DNA from: Tricharina praecox
Lineage: Eukaryota
Direction: 5' to 3'
DNA: 64,000 nucleotides
Assembly (NCBI RefSeq): GCF_024521635.1
Contig: NW_026250410.1
Span: 186,001 to 250,000 of the forward strand
The number at the start of each line of letters is the position of its first letter. Positions within the stretch are counted from its first letter, which is position 1. Below, in pieces: positions 25,789 to 39,184 of this stretch. The position numbers and the translations under genes were made by a program. The notes beneath the pieces are model-generated. The model searched no databases. It was not told where the DNA came from and worked only from the letters and a program-made list of their open reading frames with translations.

Positions 25789-26931
25789 TGTTACTTTTAT
25801 GTACCGTAATGTAATGAGCGGAATCAATGGTAGTGGATGTAATGAATAAGTTCTTGTCTGCTGTAGTGTTCTGCAGCATGAAATATCACTCTGAAAAGGT
25901 CTGGGTTCTAAAGTGTCGCGTGCATGGCCAAGCAGAGGATAAACTGAATTTCCCACTCTCTCTGGCCAACCAGAGGGATCTGGACTGCAGACTGGCCTTC
26001 ATAGGAGTTTTTCACTTGCTATGATTCGGCAGTTAGGCAGATCGCACGCAATATGATGAAACAGCACAAAGGCCAACCAGAAGTGATCGTCGCTGTGTTT
26101 ATTTACAAACAGATGAACACGCTCACCACTCGCGATGACACGTCGGAATTCACTACATATGGGGTCTCGGCATCCTGCAGAATTTCTTTCGAGTTTGTTG
26201 AGCGTCGCCAAGACTCCAAAGACGACACATGTGCACTTGGCATTCCTCCGCCCAGTGGCAAAAGAAACAGTTCCTATGGCAACAATCCTCGCGAGCTGAT
26301 CTTCGGCAGCCTCCGCATCCGTATCCGAAGAGGCGGAGTGAAACCCTACCGCGTCGGAGGGCCTGCATTATCTAGGCATAACTACATAGTAACACATGTT
26401 ATCGAACACGAAGACGAGCTTTTGGAAGTAAAGTACCCGGGAAAAAAGCACCGAAAGAGCCGTGCGGACATGCGTGGGATAGCTCTATGTATTGTCCTAG
26501 AGCGATATCTGCAGGTACCGAGAAAGGTGTGTTGATGTGATGGCAGGCAGGTTGCTATCTTTAGAGTTGCATTTGCGGGACCACGGCCGTTGATGCTTAC
26601 CGAAGCGCTCCGCCATTCGCTAACGTGTGTTGCTGTGGCAACAACGCCTTTCGTCAACAAAAACAACCTCGTTTCGTCACTCGTCTAAGACAGCCCCAGC
26701 GCGCACTACTGCAGCCGCCGGTGGCTGGCTGCCCTCCTCCCCCAGGCCCTCCACCCTCGCAGGAAAAACCGCCAATTGCTCCTGTCCCTCGCTCTCAGAC
26801 ATCTATCATCCCCCCCCACTAAACCATCTCTGCCATCTGTGCCGCGATACCGTACACTTACCCAATCCTTCTCTGTTGTTTACTGTTTACTCCCACCACT
26901 CTGTGGATAGTCGACGAACAACTCCATCACC

Positions 26932-29900
26932 ATGGAGCGCCCTCCAGGTTACGCTGCCCCTCCAGGCTACGATGAAGATGACGACGACATGCGCGACCCT
27001 CGCGGCGCGCCAATGTACACACAAGGCCCCAACCAACACCTGCGATTGCTCGACGACGAAGAGCCGCTGTACAGAACGTTCGTTACTATATTGCACCTCC
27101 CTCGTCTTTGGGCGCCGGGTACTGACGCGCTTTTTGCATGAAACTAGACCAGATGCTCCGAACCGCTCTTATCAGCCGACACCGAGCCATGTGCCGTCCG
27201 TCTCGGACCTCTCAGCGCGCTTCGAGCAGATGAGCTCGCATTCCGACCTCGCATATCGCCAATCCCCCGCTGTTCCGGGCTACAACTCTCCGGCCCCGAG
27301 ACGCGATTACGCTCCGACCATCTCTCCCACTCCATCGCGCGGTTATGGGGGTTCGGCTCAGTATCCTTACTCTCCATCGAGCTCGCGCGCGGAGAGCCAT
27401 GGGTATGCGCCTTCATCGCACGGTCGCAGCAGTGTAGATCCGGGAATGCAGTACCCCTCGTCGACCATTTCGCGTAGCAACTTGGACGCCTATGCGACAA
27501 CGTCGATGCTGGGCAGCAATTTGGAACCTGAGCGACCGTGGCCGCCTTCGCGCCAGAGCACAAGGGAGCCGGATGAATGGAGTCGGCCACCGCCATCCAT
27601 GTCGTTTGAGCCTGCGGATCTCAATGGACGGCCCCGGCCTGGGACTGCCTCGAGCACTAGTACCGGCCCTAGGAGTCGAAGCGCTACATCCTCACGAAGG
27701 CCGCTTCCGTCGACACCGTTCCGGAACCGGGGAAGGAGTACTACCGATGAGACGCTTGTGCCGATAAATCAGGACTATGGTTATACGGACGACGACGATT
27801 CCCGGTATACTCCCCGTCGCGGTCGGGATAGGGGGCATTCGCTAGATATGACTGAACGGACGAACACGATGTCTACCAATTCGTTCGCCGGGAACTCAGT
27901 GTCTGGAAAGTCATTGAACTCAGAGATGACTGCAAAAAATACCGATGTCGAAGATGAGGAGGTTGATCCTGAGAAGGCAAAAGCCGGCCGCCTTACTCGC
28001 ACCAAGGGAGAGCATTTCGGACCCGCCCCGCAGGCGCCCCAGGCTAGACGAGGTCTCAATCGCGAAGCGCTCATGACCAAGAAGCAAGTCAAGCTTATCA
28101 ACGGTGAGCTTATCCTTGATTGTAAGATTCCGACGATTTTGTATTCCTTCCTCCCTCGCCGGGATGAGATGGAATTCACGCACATGCGGTACACCGCCGT
28201 TACCTGCGATCCCGATGATTTCGTCAAACGCGGATACATGTTGCGTCAAAACATGGACCCGACACGGCGAGAGACGGAGCTATTCATCTGCATCACCATG
28301 TACAACGAGGACGAGCAATGCTTCACCAGGACCATGCACGGTGTGATGAGGAACATTGCTCACTTCTGCTCTCGTAACAAGTCCAGAGTCTGGGGAAAGG
28401 AGGGATGGCACAAGATCGTCGTCTGCATTGTTGCCGACGGGCGAAAAAAGGTGCACCCGCGAGTCCTCGATGCCCTGGCCGCAATGGGTGTCTACCAGGC
28501 CGGTATCGCAAAGAATTTGGTCAATGGTCGTCCCGTCAAGGCACACGTGTATGAGTACACCACGCAGGTCTCGCTGGATTCGGATCTGAAGTTCAAGGGC
28601 GCCGAGAAAGGAATCGTCCCGGTACAGATGATCTTCTGCCTGAAGGAGCAGAACGCAAAGAAGTTGAACTCCCACCGATGGTTCTTTAACGCTTTCGGAG
28701 CATCGCTTTCGCCGAATGTGTGCATTCTCCTCGATGTCGGCACCAAGCCTGGAGGCGACAGTCTGTACCATCTGTGGAAAGCTTTCGACAGAGATTCCGA
28801 GGTTGGAGGAGCCTGTGGTGAGATCAAAGCTATGAAAGGAAGAGGTTGGATGGGTCTCTTCAACCCCCTTGTCGCATCACAAAACTTCGAGTACAAGATG
28901 TCCAACATCCTGGATAAGCCTCTCGAGTCGGTATTTGGATACATTACCGTGCTTCCAGGAGCTCTTTCGGCGTACCGATATCACGCACTTCAGAACGACG
29001 AGAACGGTTGTGGACCACTGGCGCAATACTTCAAAGGAGAGACGTTACACGGTAAGGACGCGGATGTCTTTACCGCGAACATGTATCTGGCCGAGGATCG
29101 AATTCTGTGCTGGGAGCTGGTGGCCAAGAAGAGTGAGCGGTGGGTGCTCAAATATGTGAGAAGTGCAACAGGAGAGACCGACGTGCCAGATGCCGTGCCG
29201 GAATTTGTCTCTCAGCGTCGACGATGGCTGAACGGTGCATTTTTCGCTGCCATTTACTCGCTCGTACACTTCAAGCAGGTGTGGTACACGGATCATACCG
29301 TCGTCCGTAAGGTCTTGTTGCATCTGGAGTTCGTTTACCAGTTTGTCAGCTTGTTGTTTACGTTCTTCTCTCTGGTAAGTGACCCCGGCTTGGTGTAGTG
29401 ATTGGATTTTAACCGTCATGGAACAGGCCAATTTCTACCTTATGTTCTACTTCATCGCTGGATCTCTATCGGATGATAGGATGGATCCATTCGGCAATGG
29501 ATGGGGAGGACGCATCTTCATCGCCCTGCGTTTCCTCTGCATCCTTCTGATCTGCACGCAATTCATCCTGTGTATGGGTAACCGTCCGCAGGGTGCAAAG
29601 CGAATGTTCGCATCCTCCATGATACTGTACGGCATCATCATGGCATACACCACATTCTGCAGTTGCTACATCGTCATCAAGTCCTTCACGGGGGGTGTCA
29701 ATGGCGAAGCGACCGAGCTAAAAATTGGAGACAACCTCTTTACAAACCTTATCGTCTCCACCGGTTCCACCATCGGTGTCTACTTCCTCATGAGTTTCCT
29801 GTACTTCGACCCATGGCACATGTTCACGTCGTCGCTGCAGTACTTCATGATGCTTCCCTCCTACATCTGTACCCTCCAAGTCTATGCCTTCTGCAACACC

Positions 29901-30486
29901 CACGACGTGTCCTGGGGAACCAAGGGTGACAACATGCAATCGGTCGATCTAGGAGCCGCCGTCGCAACCAAGAACGGTGCTGTCGAGTTGGAGATGCCGA
30001 GTGAGCAGTTGGATATTGATAGCGGATACGACGAGGCACTCAGGAACCTCCGGGATCGTCTTGAAGTCGAGGAGCTGCCCATCACCGAAGAGCAGATCAA
30101 GGAGGATTATTATCGCGCTGTCAGAACGTATGTCGTCGTCGTGTGGATGGTGGCCAATGCCGTCCTTGCGATGATTGTTACGGAAGTTTACAATATCAAC
30201 GATGTTGGTGACAACGGGTATCTCAAGTGTAAGTTGCCCTCTAGTCGCCGACGTGACCTTGAAATACAGATGCTAATTCAGAACAGTTACCCTCTGGTCC
30301 ATCGCCGTCCTGGCACTGTACCGCATGATCGGGTCGTCGGCATACCTTGTAATCCAGGGTATCCACGGCTTCGTCGAAGGAAAAGTCAAGCTTGAGCCCG
30401 ACCGCATCAAAGAAAGATGGACGCAACCCGCCTGGCGGCGACGACTTGGCCTCGGCAAAGCAGGCGGCATCCTTGGCAAACCATAA
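26932..30486 (+). CDS. Chitin synthase, division 1, most likely class II (ChsA/Chs-2 type); 4 exons
   Basis: Motifs [97 protein letters not shown] resembles class II. Exon 1 starts MERPPGY at 26932; last exon ends GGILGKP*. Confidence 0.95.
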
Positions 30487-32481
30487 GTTATGACGATGAT
30501 AACGTTTTCTTTTCGGATGGTTATGATATGACATGTAATGTTTGTGCTGTTTTTCTTTTCTTTTCTTTCCGCACGCTTTCTTTTTCTCTCGGTGTTGCTT
30601 CTTGTACTTTACGATACCTTTGCTTTGGTCTGGCGTGGCCCTTTTTCCCCGTTCCCTTTGGTTGGTTGGTTGGGTGGTCTAGTGATGCGAGTTGGGGGAT
30701 AGGGGAGTTTGCTTATGATATGATTTTGTGTGTATGTGGTGGGTGCAGTGGTGGGTGGAGGCAAAAGCATATCATGTATGTAAATACCATGGATGATGGA
30801 ATACGATTGCTTGTTGAAATGCGAAATGCGAAATCTCCCAATTCCACCTCCCTAGAAGTGACATGATCTTTCCACTGTCAAATCGAATCATTGCCGTGCT
30901 TCAATAATGGGTAAGTAGCGAGCGGCCAACGTGAGTATGTATAATGACACCATCCGCGACCTATCCCTCCGCCTCGACTCTCGAGAGCAAGGCAAATTAC
31001 TGCAATGTCCGACTCCACCACCCCGGCACCGGCACTCCCTCCCTCCCTTCGCGCTCATTCACAGGCATAACATAACCTTCAGCCTCGCAATCGCCCGCGC
31101 GACCTGGGTACCTGCTACAAACCCTCACGGCGGGGATACATAGCACCCGCTTTACGGCCCACCTGCCCCCCCACCCCCTAGAAAGAACGCTCGGCGGAAT
31201 AAACACGCCGAGAGAGAGTACTATACACGAGGCAGCCGAGCCCCGCGCGTTCCCCGTGGCTATGTAGGAATAAAGATGCGATACATAGGAGCGGGTTGTA
31301 GTGGGGGGGGGAAGCGCGACGTATATAGGCGGGTGTTAAGCGCGAGGCGACCCTGGTGTGTTGAGGGGGGAGCGAGGGGAAGTTGTTCGGAGATTGTTGA
31401 GGGAATTGCTAGGGGAGGGCCGTGCGGCCTTGCGGCGAGGGGGAAGGGGAAGGGTCCGTTACATGTCTGAACTCAACTCGGTGTCATGGCTGGGTTTCGG
31501 CGGTGTTTGAATGAGCTCCTCGCTCTAGGTACCTGTGGCCGGACTGTGTTTAGGATGTAGAGTATGAACGATTCTGGCGAGATTCTGGCGAGAACGAGTA
31601 CGTATCTTTGCTTGCTTGATTAGGTACATACTCTGCAGTATGTAAGTGGGTATGATCATACGTGTTATGTACGATACACGGTCAGATGGAGTCTCACGTG
31701 GAGTTTGCCACACTAGAGGAGGATGTACCCAACTGTAACTTAATTTCCCACCGAACGGACGGGATGCTGGTGTGTGATGATGTGAGTTGAGTTTGAGTTG
31801 AGGCTTAGTAAGGTGTGAGGAAGCAGAATGAGGGGAACTCTGCGTGAAGCTCCCCGCTCTCCTTCTCCCTTTCCTTTTGCTCTGTCGACAGCAACAACAA
31901 AGCCTTCTCACTCGATCAGCACTCTCTCGTCCAGGGTGCTGAAGTTCCCCAGCCGAGCGAGAGGCGTGCACTGTTCGCCGTCCACCACAGCCGGAGATCA
32001 GAGCAGAGCAGAGGAAGAGCAGCCAATTGCAGCAGCAACAGCAACACCCTTCGCCCCCCAAGAAAAGGACGCCAGCAGTTGCTTAGCTCCGCATCCTCCC
32101 TCCCACCACCCCCCTCGCCGCCGCCGGATCCCCGTCCCCTTACCATTACCATCGATCGCACCCACCCCCAAATCCAACTTACCCCCCTCTCGCCTCGTCC
32201 TCCCGCTTTCCGCCCGCCCATACGTTACATACCCGGAGTCGTGTACTGCTGCTGACTTTGTTTCTTCCCTTCTACTTCTCCTTCTCCTCTCCTTCTTCTC
32301 CCCTTCGAAACAGATTCACTCCTAGAAAAACTCCCCCCTGACTGGAAAGTCAATACATCTCCGAGTCCTCTTCTACCTATTGCTACTCGACCACGACCTC
32401 CGTCCGCCTCCCCCGCACACTTCTCCACGGCTGTCTTCGCACCCCGAACTTAGAAGCCTATCAATAAAAAATCAAGCAATA

Positions 32482-34616
32482 ATGTCTTCTTGGAAGCTGC
32501 CGAAGTCTCTAAAACGTGGTGTTCCCTCTCCAGGCGGTTCCAAAGCTTCATCAGCTCTGAGCTCCCCCTCAGCTCCCATATCCCCGTGGGGAATGCAGAA
32601 GGACAAGCAGCTCAAGAAGAAACAGAAGAAGAAGGAGAAGAAGGAGGAACAGGAAAAGAAGAGGGAGATCAAGAATAAGCGGAATGGTTTGCTGACAGAG
32701 ACATTGCTTGCAGAGCTCAAGGAAACTCACCTGGGCACATCATCATCCTCGGACAAATCGCGCTCGGCCTCGACATCCACCATCACACAAAACTCATTGG
32801 ATAAGGCAGCACTGTCATCGACTTCAACCCTTGTGCAGGGAGAGGGAACAGCTACTTCCAGTAATCCGGAGGATGCATCATTGACTTCCACTGTCAAGCC
32901 CGGTCTTCTAATTGTCACACTCCATGAGGCGAAGGGCCTGACACTGCCGCCGGCACAGGCGGGCTCGTCGCAGCGACCCCCTTCGTCTGGCGGCACGGGA
33001 GGCAACACATCTAGGCCGGGAACGTCAAACAATAACATGGGACACTCGCGACACCTCTCCAAGCTGTTCAGAACGTACTGTGTCATGGAGTTCGACAAGA
33101 CGCAGGTAGTTGTCAATGCCAACTCTGGTGTGCCCGATGCTCCCATGTTTGCTGGCGGCACCACTCAGTTCAAGTTCGATGTCAGCAGGGAGGCAGAGTT
33201 GAGCGTCGGTATTTACATGCGGAATCCCGGCCCCAGAGGCGTTGGTGACGAGGACGTGTTTTTGGGCAGCTGCAGGATACTGCCTAGCTTCGAGGAGCCT
33301 GTCCAGGGCGCAAAGAAGCAGCAGCCGGCCAGAGGTCTTAGTGGGACCGAGTGGGTGCCGTTTTCCAACTCGTCAGGAAGCGTCAAGATCGGTGTCGAGT
33401 ACAGGCGTAATCAGGACATGCCGCTTAGCATGAGCGATTTCGACTTGATGACGGTTGTAGGTAAGGGCAGTTTTGGAAAGGTTATGCAGGTCAAGTACGT
33501 TGCGATGTCTCGACGAGCAGCAGAGTCCGTGCATTGACGGCCATCTAGGAAACGCGATACCCAACGCATCTACGCCCTCAAGACCATCCGCAAGCAGCAC
33601 ATCATCTCTCGCTCAGAGGTCAACCATACCCTCGCGGAACGTACCGTGCTCGCGCAGATTAACAACCCCTTCATCGTGCCGCTCAAGTTCTCGTTCCAGT
33701 CGCCCGAGAAGCTGTACCTTGTCCTGGCGTTCGTTAACGGAGGAGAGCTTTTCCACCATCTCCAGAGAGAAGGAAAGTTCGACATCAACCGAGCGAGATT
33801 CTACACGGCCGAGCTTCTCTGTGCCCTCGAGTGTCTGCACGGCTTCAATGTCATCTATCGGGATCTGAAGCCGGAGAACATTCTGCTGGATTACACTGGA
33901 CACATTGCGCTCTGCGACTTTGGTCTGTGCAAGCTGAACATGAAGGAGGACGATCGGACCAATAGTATGTTCTTCCCCTTATCATTCGTTCGTCGGTGCA
34001 TGGCTGATTGCGAGCTCAGCCTTTTGCGGTACGCCGGAGTATCTGGCACCCGAGCTACTCCTCGGACAGGGATACACCAAGACTGTCGATTGGTGGACGC
34101 TCGGAGTGCTTCTGTACGAGATGCTTACGGGCCTGCCACCATTCTACGATGAGAACACGAACGAGATGTACAAGAAGATCCTACAGGATCCGCTCCAGTT
34201 CCCACCAGACATAGACCCACACGCACGGTCATTGCTGATCCGACTGCTGGATCGCGACCCCGCCAAGCGATTGGGCGCCAACGGTGCTGCGGAAATCAAA
34301 TCGCACAGGTTCTTTGAAAGTATCGATTGGAGGAGGCTACTCCAGAAGAAGATCCAGCCCACGTTCCGTCCCAATGTGGTAAGTAACCTCGTCGTCACGT
34401 GTGTCTCGATCGACGCTAACCTCCATCAAGCTCGACGCTATGGACACCAAGAACTTCGATCCAGAGTTCACGCAGGAGATGCCCGCAGACTCCGTCGTCG
34501 ACGGCGAATTCCTGAGTCAATCGGTTCAGCAGCAGTTCACCGGGTGGAGTTATAACCGTCCGGGCCAGTTGACGTCGGATGCACCGGGCAGTATCCGAGA
34601 TCCAGGACATCTCTGA
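32482..34616 (+). CDS. YPK1: AGC Ser/Thr kinase Ypk1/Gad8 (C2-like domain + kinase + AGC tail)
   Basis: N-terminus MSSWKL...LKETHL. C2-like motifs GLLIVTLHEA and FKFDVSR. Kinase motifs VVGKGSFGKVMQV, YRDLKPENILLDY, DFGLCKL, FCGTPEYLAPE. Hydrophobic motif QQQFTGWSY. Confidence 0.96.
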
Positions 34617-35423
34617 GCGTGTAGCGTGTGTAGGAGGAGGAGGGTTCCCATGTTAAGGCGTATTTTGTTTTTGAGGAACTTGTGGAGGAACCCGGAGGGG
34701 GATGGAGAGGGGGATTGCCCGCTGTTTGTTTCTTGTCTGTCTGTGTGCCTGCCTTCTTTGACGTGCTGTGCTGTGCTGTGCTGCCCTTGCGCTTTTTCCC
34801 ATTTTTTTTGTATCTTGATTTCCATTCGATCTCGTATCTTTTTCGGCGGTGTTTTTTTTCTCGATGTCATCTTTGCCTTGCCTTGCCTTTGCCCTGACTT
34901 AATTTGCCCTCCCCCACATTCAACATTGAGAAGACAGACAGCTTGTAGTTCGCTGGGGTATGTGGATTTTTGTGTATCCTGTGAGAATGGAGGAAGAGGA
35001 GATACGGTACTACACTGCACAGATGGGAGCGGAGTGAATTACATATAGACTTACTTTTTCTGAGCCTCACTCTTTGGATGCTGTATGTAGAGTACATACG
35101 AAGAAGCGGTGATACCTGTGCTCCAGCATAGGATATGTAGTCCTGGATAACCCGCTGGCCATAGCTGTGCAGTGTGGATAGGGTGGATAGTTTGCCTTGG
35201 CATGTTTACACTTCCAAGTTCCCTTCCCCTTCCCTTCCCTTCCAAGTTCCCCGTCCCGTGCACCGCCACCGCGTGCATCGCTAGCGTGTCCCGTCCTGTC
35301 GCGTCGCCTTCTTCTTCTTCTCGTGGCATCACATCAACGAAAACAACACAACACAACACGTAATTTTGGAACCCCACCACCACGCCCGCCCATTTCTCAT
35401 TCAACAGCAAAACTACAGAAACA

Positions 35424-37174
35424 ATGCCGCCCCGTCGCCGACCCACCACCGGAGCCGCCGCTGCAGCGACAAAACCTACGGCCAAGGCCAAGGCCGCGCC
35501 AAAAGCCAGGGCGAATTCGAAGGCGAAAGCGCAGCCGAAAGCGATAAAGACAGCGGCAAAGAGGACGAGCACTATCAGCGCCATGATCGGCGACGATACC
35601 GAGGAGGAGGGGGGTATTACCGATGAGGAGGAGGGGGCGAGCGGGGATGAGCACGACGAGCACGACGAGGAGGATGGGGAGGAGGATCATGGGGAGGGGG
35701 AAGAGGAAATGGAGGAGGGGGAGGAGGACGAGCTTACGGCTGCGCAAGGTACCATTCCATTCTTTCTTTTGTTTTTTTCTGCACGGTCGGGAGGTGGGAA
35801 GGTGTGGACTGATGATGGAGACAGCGCCGGCGGTGAAAACGAACGGCAAGGCATCCGCGAACGGGAAGAAGCGGGGTGCACCTGCTGCGGCCGCGCCGCC
35901 GGCAAAGAAGGGGCGGAAAGCTGCTGCGCTGCCGGTGGACGTTGTTGAGGTGGTGGCTGCGAAGGCGAAGGGGAGGGGGAGGAAGGCTGCACCCGCGGCT
36001 GCGGCTGTTGAAGCTGAGGAGGAAGAAGAGGAGGTGAAGGAGGTGGCAGTGGCGAAGTCGAAGCGCGGTAAGAAGGAGGTGGTCGAGGTGGAGATCGCAG
36101 AGACGCAGGATGTCTACATGCACGATGTTTGTGTTGAGTCTGTGCCCGCTGCGCGGAAGATGGGTGCCCTGGTGGATAGGCGTAAGGAGCTGTTGCGGCT
36201 GGAGGAGATGCGGAAGATCGAGGCTGAGGAGCGGCTGGAGGAGTTCGTGAGGAACAGCGAGGCTATTCAAACTGGTATGTCATCCGGAAAGAAATGGAAG
36301 GCTGTGGGGTGGGGCTGGGCTGGGCTAATGCGCTGCGTGTAGATGCGGGCAAGGTCATTGCGGCGCTGCAAGCCGATCTGGCGGCGCAAACGGCGCTGGC
36401 GGCGGAGTCGCGCTCGTTAACGAAGAAGCTCGCGGCGAAGGATGCCGAGAACGCGAAGCTTTCGGTCAAGATCGCGGAGCTGAGCAAGACCGTGGCTACA
36501 GCGCAGAAGGATAATCAGGTGTTGCAGGCGAAGCTGACGGCTGCCGAGTCGAGCAGGACTCAGGTGCCCGGGAGTGCTATGAAGCCCGGTCGCGGAGGCG
36601 TGGTGGCAATGGCGATGGCGGGCATCGCGGGTGATCATGCCTGGAAGTCCCAAGTCAAGGAGGAACTGTATCAGGACCTCACGAACTTGGTGATTATGAC
36701 TATCAAGAAGGACGCCGAGACGCATGTGTTCGAGTGCCTGCAGACCGGGACGAATGGAAGTAAGTCATCTCCACTCCGAGCTCAATTGAAGATTACAGGA
36801 AGTTGATATGATACGCAGCACTCCACTTCCGCCTCAATGTCCGCGCTCCAAATACCGCTCGTAAATCCAAGCCCCCCGGCACCGGTGAAGATTCGGATGA
36901 TAAAGACGACGAAGATTACGTCTTCATGCCCATTCTCAACGAGCAGCGGGACGAATTCGTGATCTCTTTGTTACCAGACTACCTCCGCCAGGAGATCAGC
37001 TTTTCGAGGGATCACGCGGCAAGGTTCTTTCAAAAGATCCATACCATCCTCATGAAGCCCCCGATTATTGAGGACGACGATGAGACTGAAGAGGATGATG
37101 AGGGAAGTGGGGAGGAGGGAGACGACACCATGGCTACCGCTATCGAAGATACTACTATCCCTGATGGCGAGTAG
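35424..37174 (+). CDS. CSM1: Monopolin subunit Csm1/Pcs1-like chromosome segregation protein (4 exons)
   Basis: Low-complexity K/A/E N-terminus, then a coiled coil, then KEELYQDLTNLVIMTIK...FECLQTGTNG-TLHFRL...PIL...LLPDYLRQEISF...FFQKI (Csm1 RWD-like domain). Confidence 0.85.
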
Positions 37175-37802
37175 AATGGATGCGTTTTCGTTGCGCGGTT
37201 TTGGAAGCCTTTTTGCCCCATCTTTCCTTCCGCAACTCCTATGGTTGCGTTTTTGTAAGATATACTTCTTTCCCGTTTTGGCTTCGTTTTGGCTCCGTTC
37301 GACAGATATCCTGATTGAATTTTGTATTTCAATTTTGTTTCCTGCTTTTCGTATGTACTGGTAGTATGATAGGTGGGATTGAAGTGAGTCTCGTTGAGTC
37401 ACGATGACCTACTCGCTCCCACATGACCGCTTTCACATGGCTATTGTAGCCGTGATACCCAGCAGCGCTAGATAGGCTAAAGCCTGCATCTCGCCCCTAG
37501 AGTAGATAAAGTAGAGCATATTCCACCCCAAGCCAACTCAATCTGGATTCCACTCTAGAGCTCGGTCGGGAAGCGGAAGCGGAGTCACATCCGATATCTA
37601 GAGTAGACACCTAGAGCTCCTATCCAACCCTACCTCCCATACCTCCCATAGCTCCCCTTCCTCCTTACCTCCCTCCCATCCCATCCCGTTCCCACTCCAT
37701 TCCACTCCATACTCCCTCCTCTCCGCCCCAGATCCCCGCAACAACAACAACACCTCCACCGCCACCTCCACCTCCACCTCCACCCCAACCAAGCAAAGGA
37801 AA

Positions 37803-38725
37803 ATGGCGATCCTCACCCCCACCCACGCAAGCACCATCCACCCGCCGATCACCGCCGCGGAGCTGTCCCTTCTCCGGCCGAACTTCGCTCTACCTCCAAC
37901 TCCCGCCGCGCCCTCCGCCGCCATACCCAGCGCCGCCATCCCCCCCGTCCGCGCGCCGAAGCCCTCCACCACCGCGCGCGACCCCCGCGGCCCCCCCGGC
38001 ACGCGGCGCCGTCAGCGCTGGGAAAACGCGCGGCTGGTCGGCAACCCGGCGTTCGTAGCGCCGAGCGCGGGGGACTGGGCGCCGGGGGCGACGCACGCGC
38101 ACAAGCGGGTGCACTACGAGTTTGCGTGCCTGTGGGCGGGGATCGAGGCTGGTCGCAGTGCCGAGGAGAATGAGAGGGAGAAAGAAAGGAAGATGGTTGA
38201 GGCGGCTGCTGTGCCACGTGAAATTAGAAGGAGGTTGAAGAAGGCGCCGTGTGCGCGTGTCCTGCTGGAGAGCCTGGAGAGGGAGGTTATTGAGTTTCTC
38301 AGGGCTGAGGACGCGGCGGTCGAGGAGGAGGAGGGGTTTGTCCTCGTTAATGAGGACGAGGACTCGGAGGAGGACGAGATCGTCTTCGTGGGCCGGGGGC
38401 GTCGTGGCGTGCAGCACGCCGCTCCCGGCGCTGACGCGCAGAGGGAGAAGGTTAAGGTCGTCGAGAAGGTCTTGCTTGCGAGTGCGGAGGAGGACAGGGG
38501 TGCCGGATTTGGGTATGTTTTCCGTTCCGTTCCTGGGGTGCGAGTACAGAGACTGATGTGTTTCGTAGGAGGTGGTTGTTGCATTCCATCGCGCAGTATT
38601 ATGGACTCCAGAGCTGGAGCGTTACTGAGGGGTGTCCGCGGATGAGATATGCGTATGTGGCCAAGACGGTGCGTGGTGATGGCAGCGGGATGGGAGTCAA
38701 GAGGCCACTGTACTTGATGGTGTAA
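37803..38725 (+). CDS. R3H-associated-domain / R3H-like protein (2 exons, intron ~38513-38568)
   Basis: GTRRRQRWENARL.GNP motif, acidic EDSEEDEIVFVGR, and C-terminal RWLLHSIAQYYGLQSWSV (R-x3-H). Ends RPLYLMV*. Confidence 0.75.
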
Positions 38726-39184
38726 GTGCCGGGAGTCAAGTGAGTGTAGATGGTGATTGTGTAGATGTGGGGGTGGGTAGATGGTGTTTCTTTAGAGTGG
38801 TTACCTTTTTTTGGTTTGGTCCAGTGATGTCTCCCTTCGAGTGTGAATGAGGAGTGACCTGAGTGGATAGATGCTTTGATGCGATTAGCTATTTTATTTG
38901 AATGGACCTCTCTTCTCTTCTAGTCGGTGTAGTGAGAGTGAATGACGGATGACTGGGAACTTCTTTTTGTCTGCGATGTTGAGACATGACAAGGCATGCA
39001 TGGATGGGCGATCATGTTCCCTTCCCCCATCACTCATTCACTCTCGGGAATGCTAACGCCAGATGACGCCATTCATCTGAAGTCTGGCTAAATAACCCGT
39101 CCGTATCTCCAATCATCCCCCACCACCACCCTATATCTACATACACCGACCACCACCACCCACCACACCCTCACCCACACCCGA

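Noticed and set aside
26053..26535. 160-aa plus-strand ORF between GH1 and chitin synthase
   Set aside because: No recognisable motif and none of the GC3 bias of neighbouring genes. It lies in the presumed promoter. Cannot be supported without expression data.
26627..26931. Upstream extension of the 923-aa chitin synthase ORF
   Set aside because: Non-ATG start, and it runs through leader-like sequence and an intron. The ATG at 26932 plus splicing gives a coherent protein.
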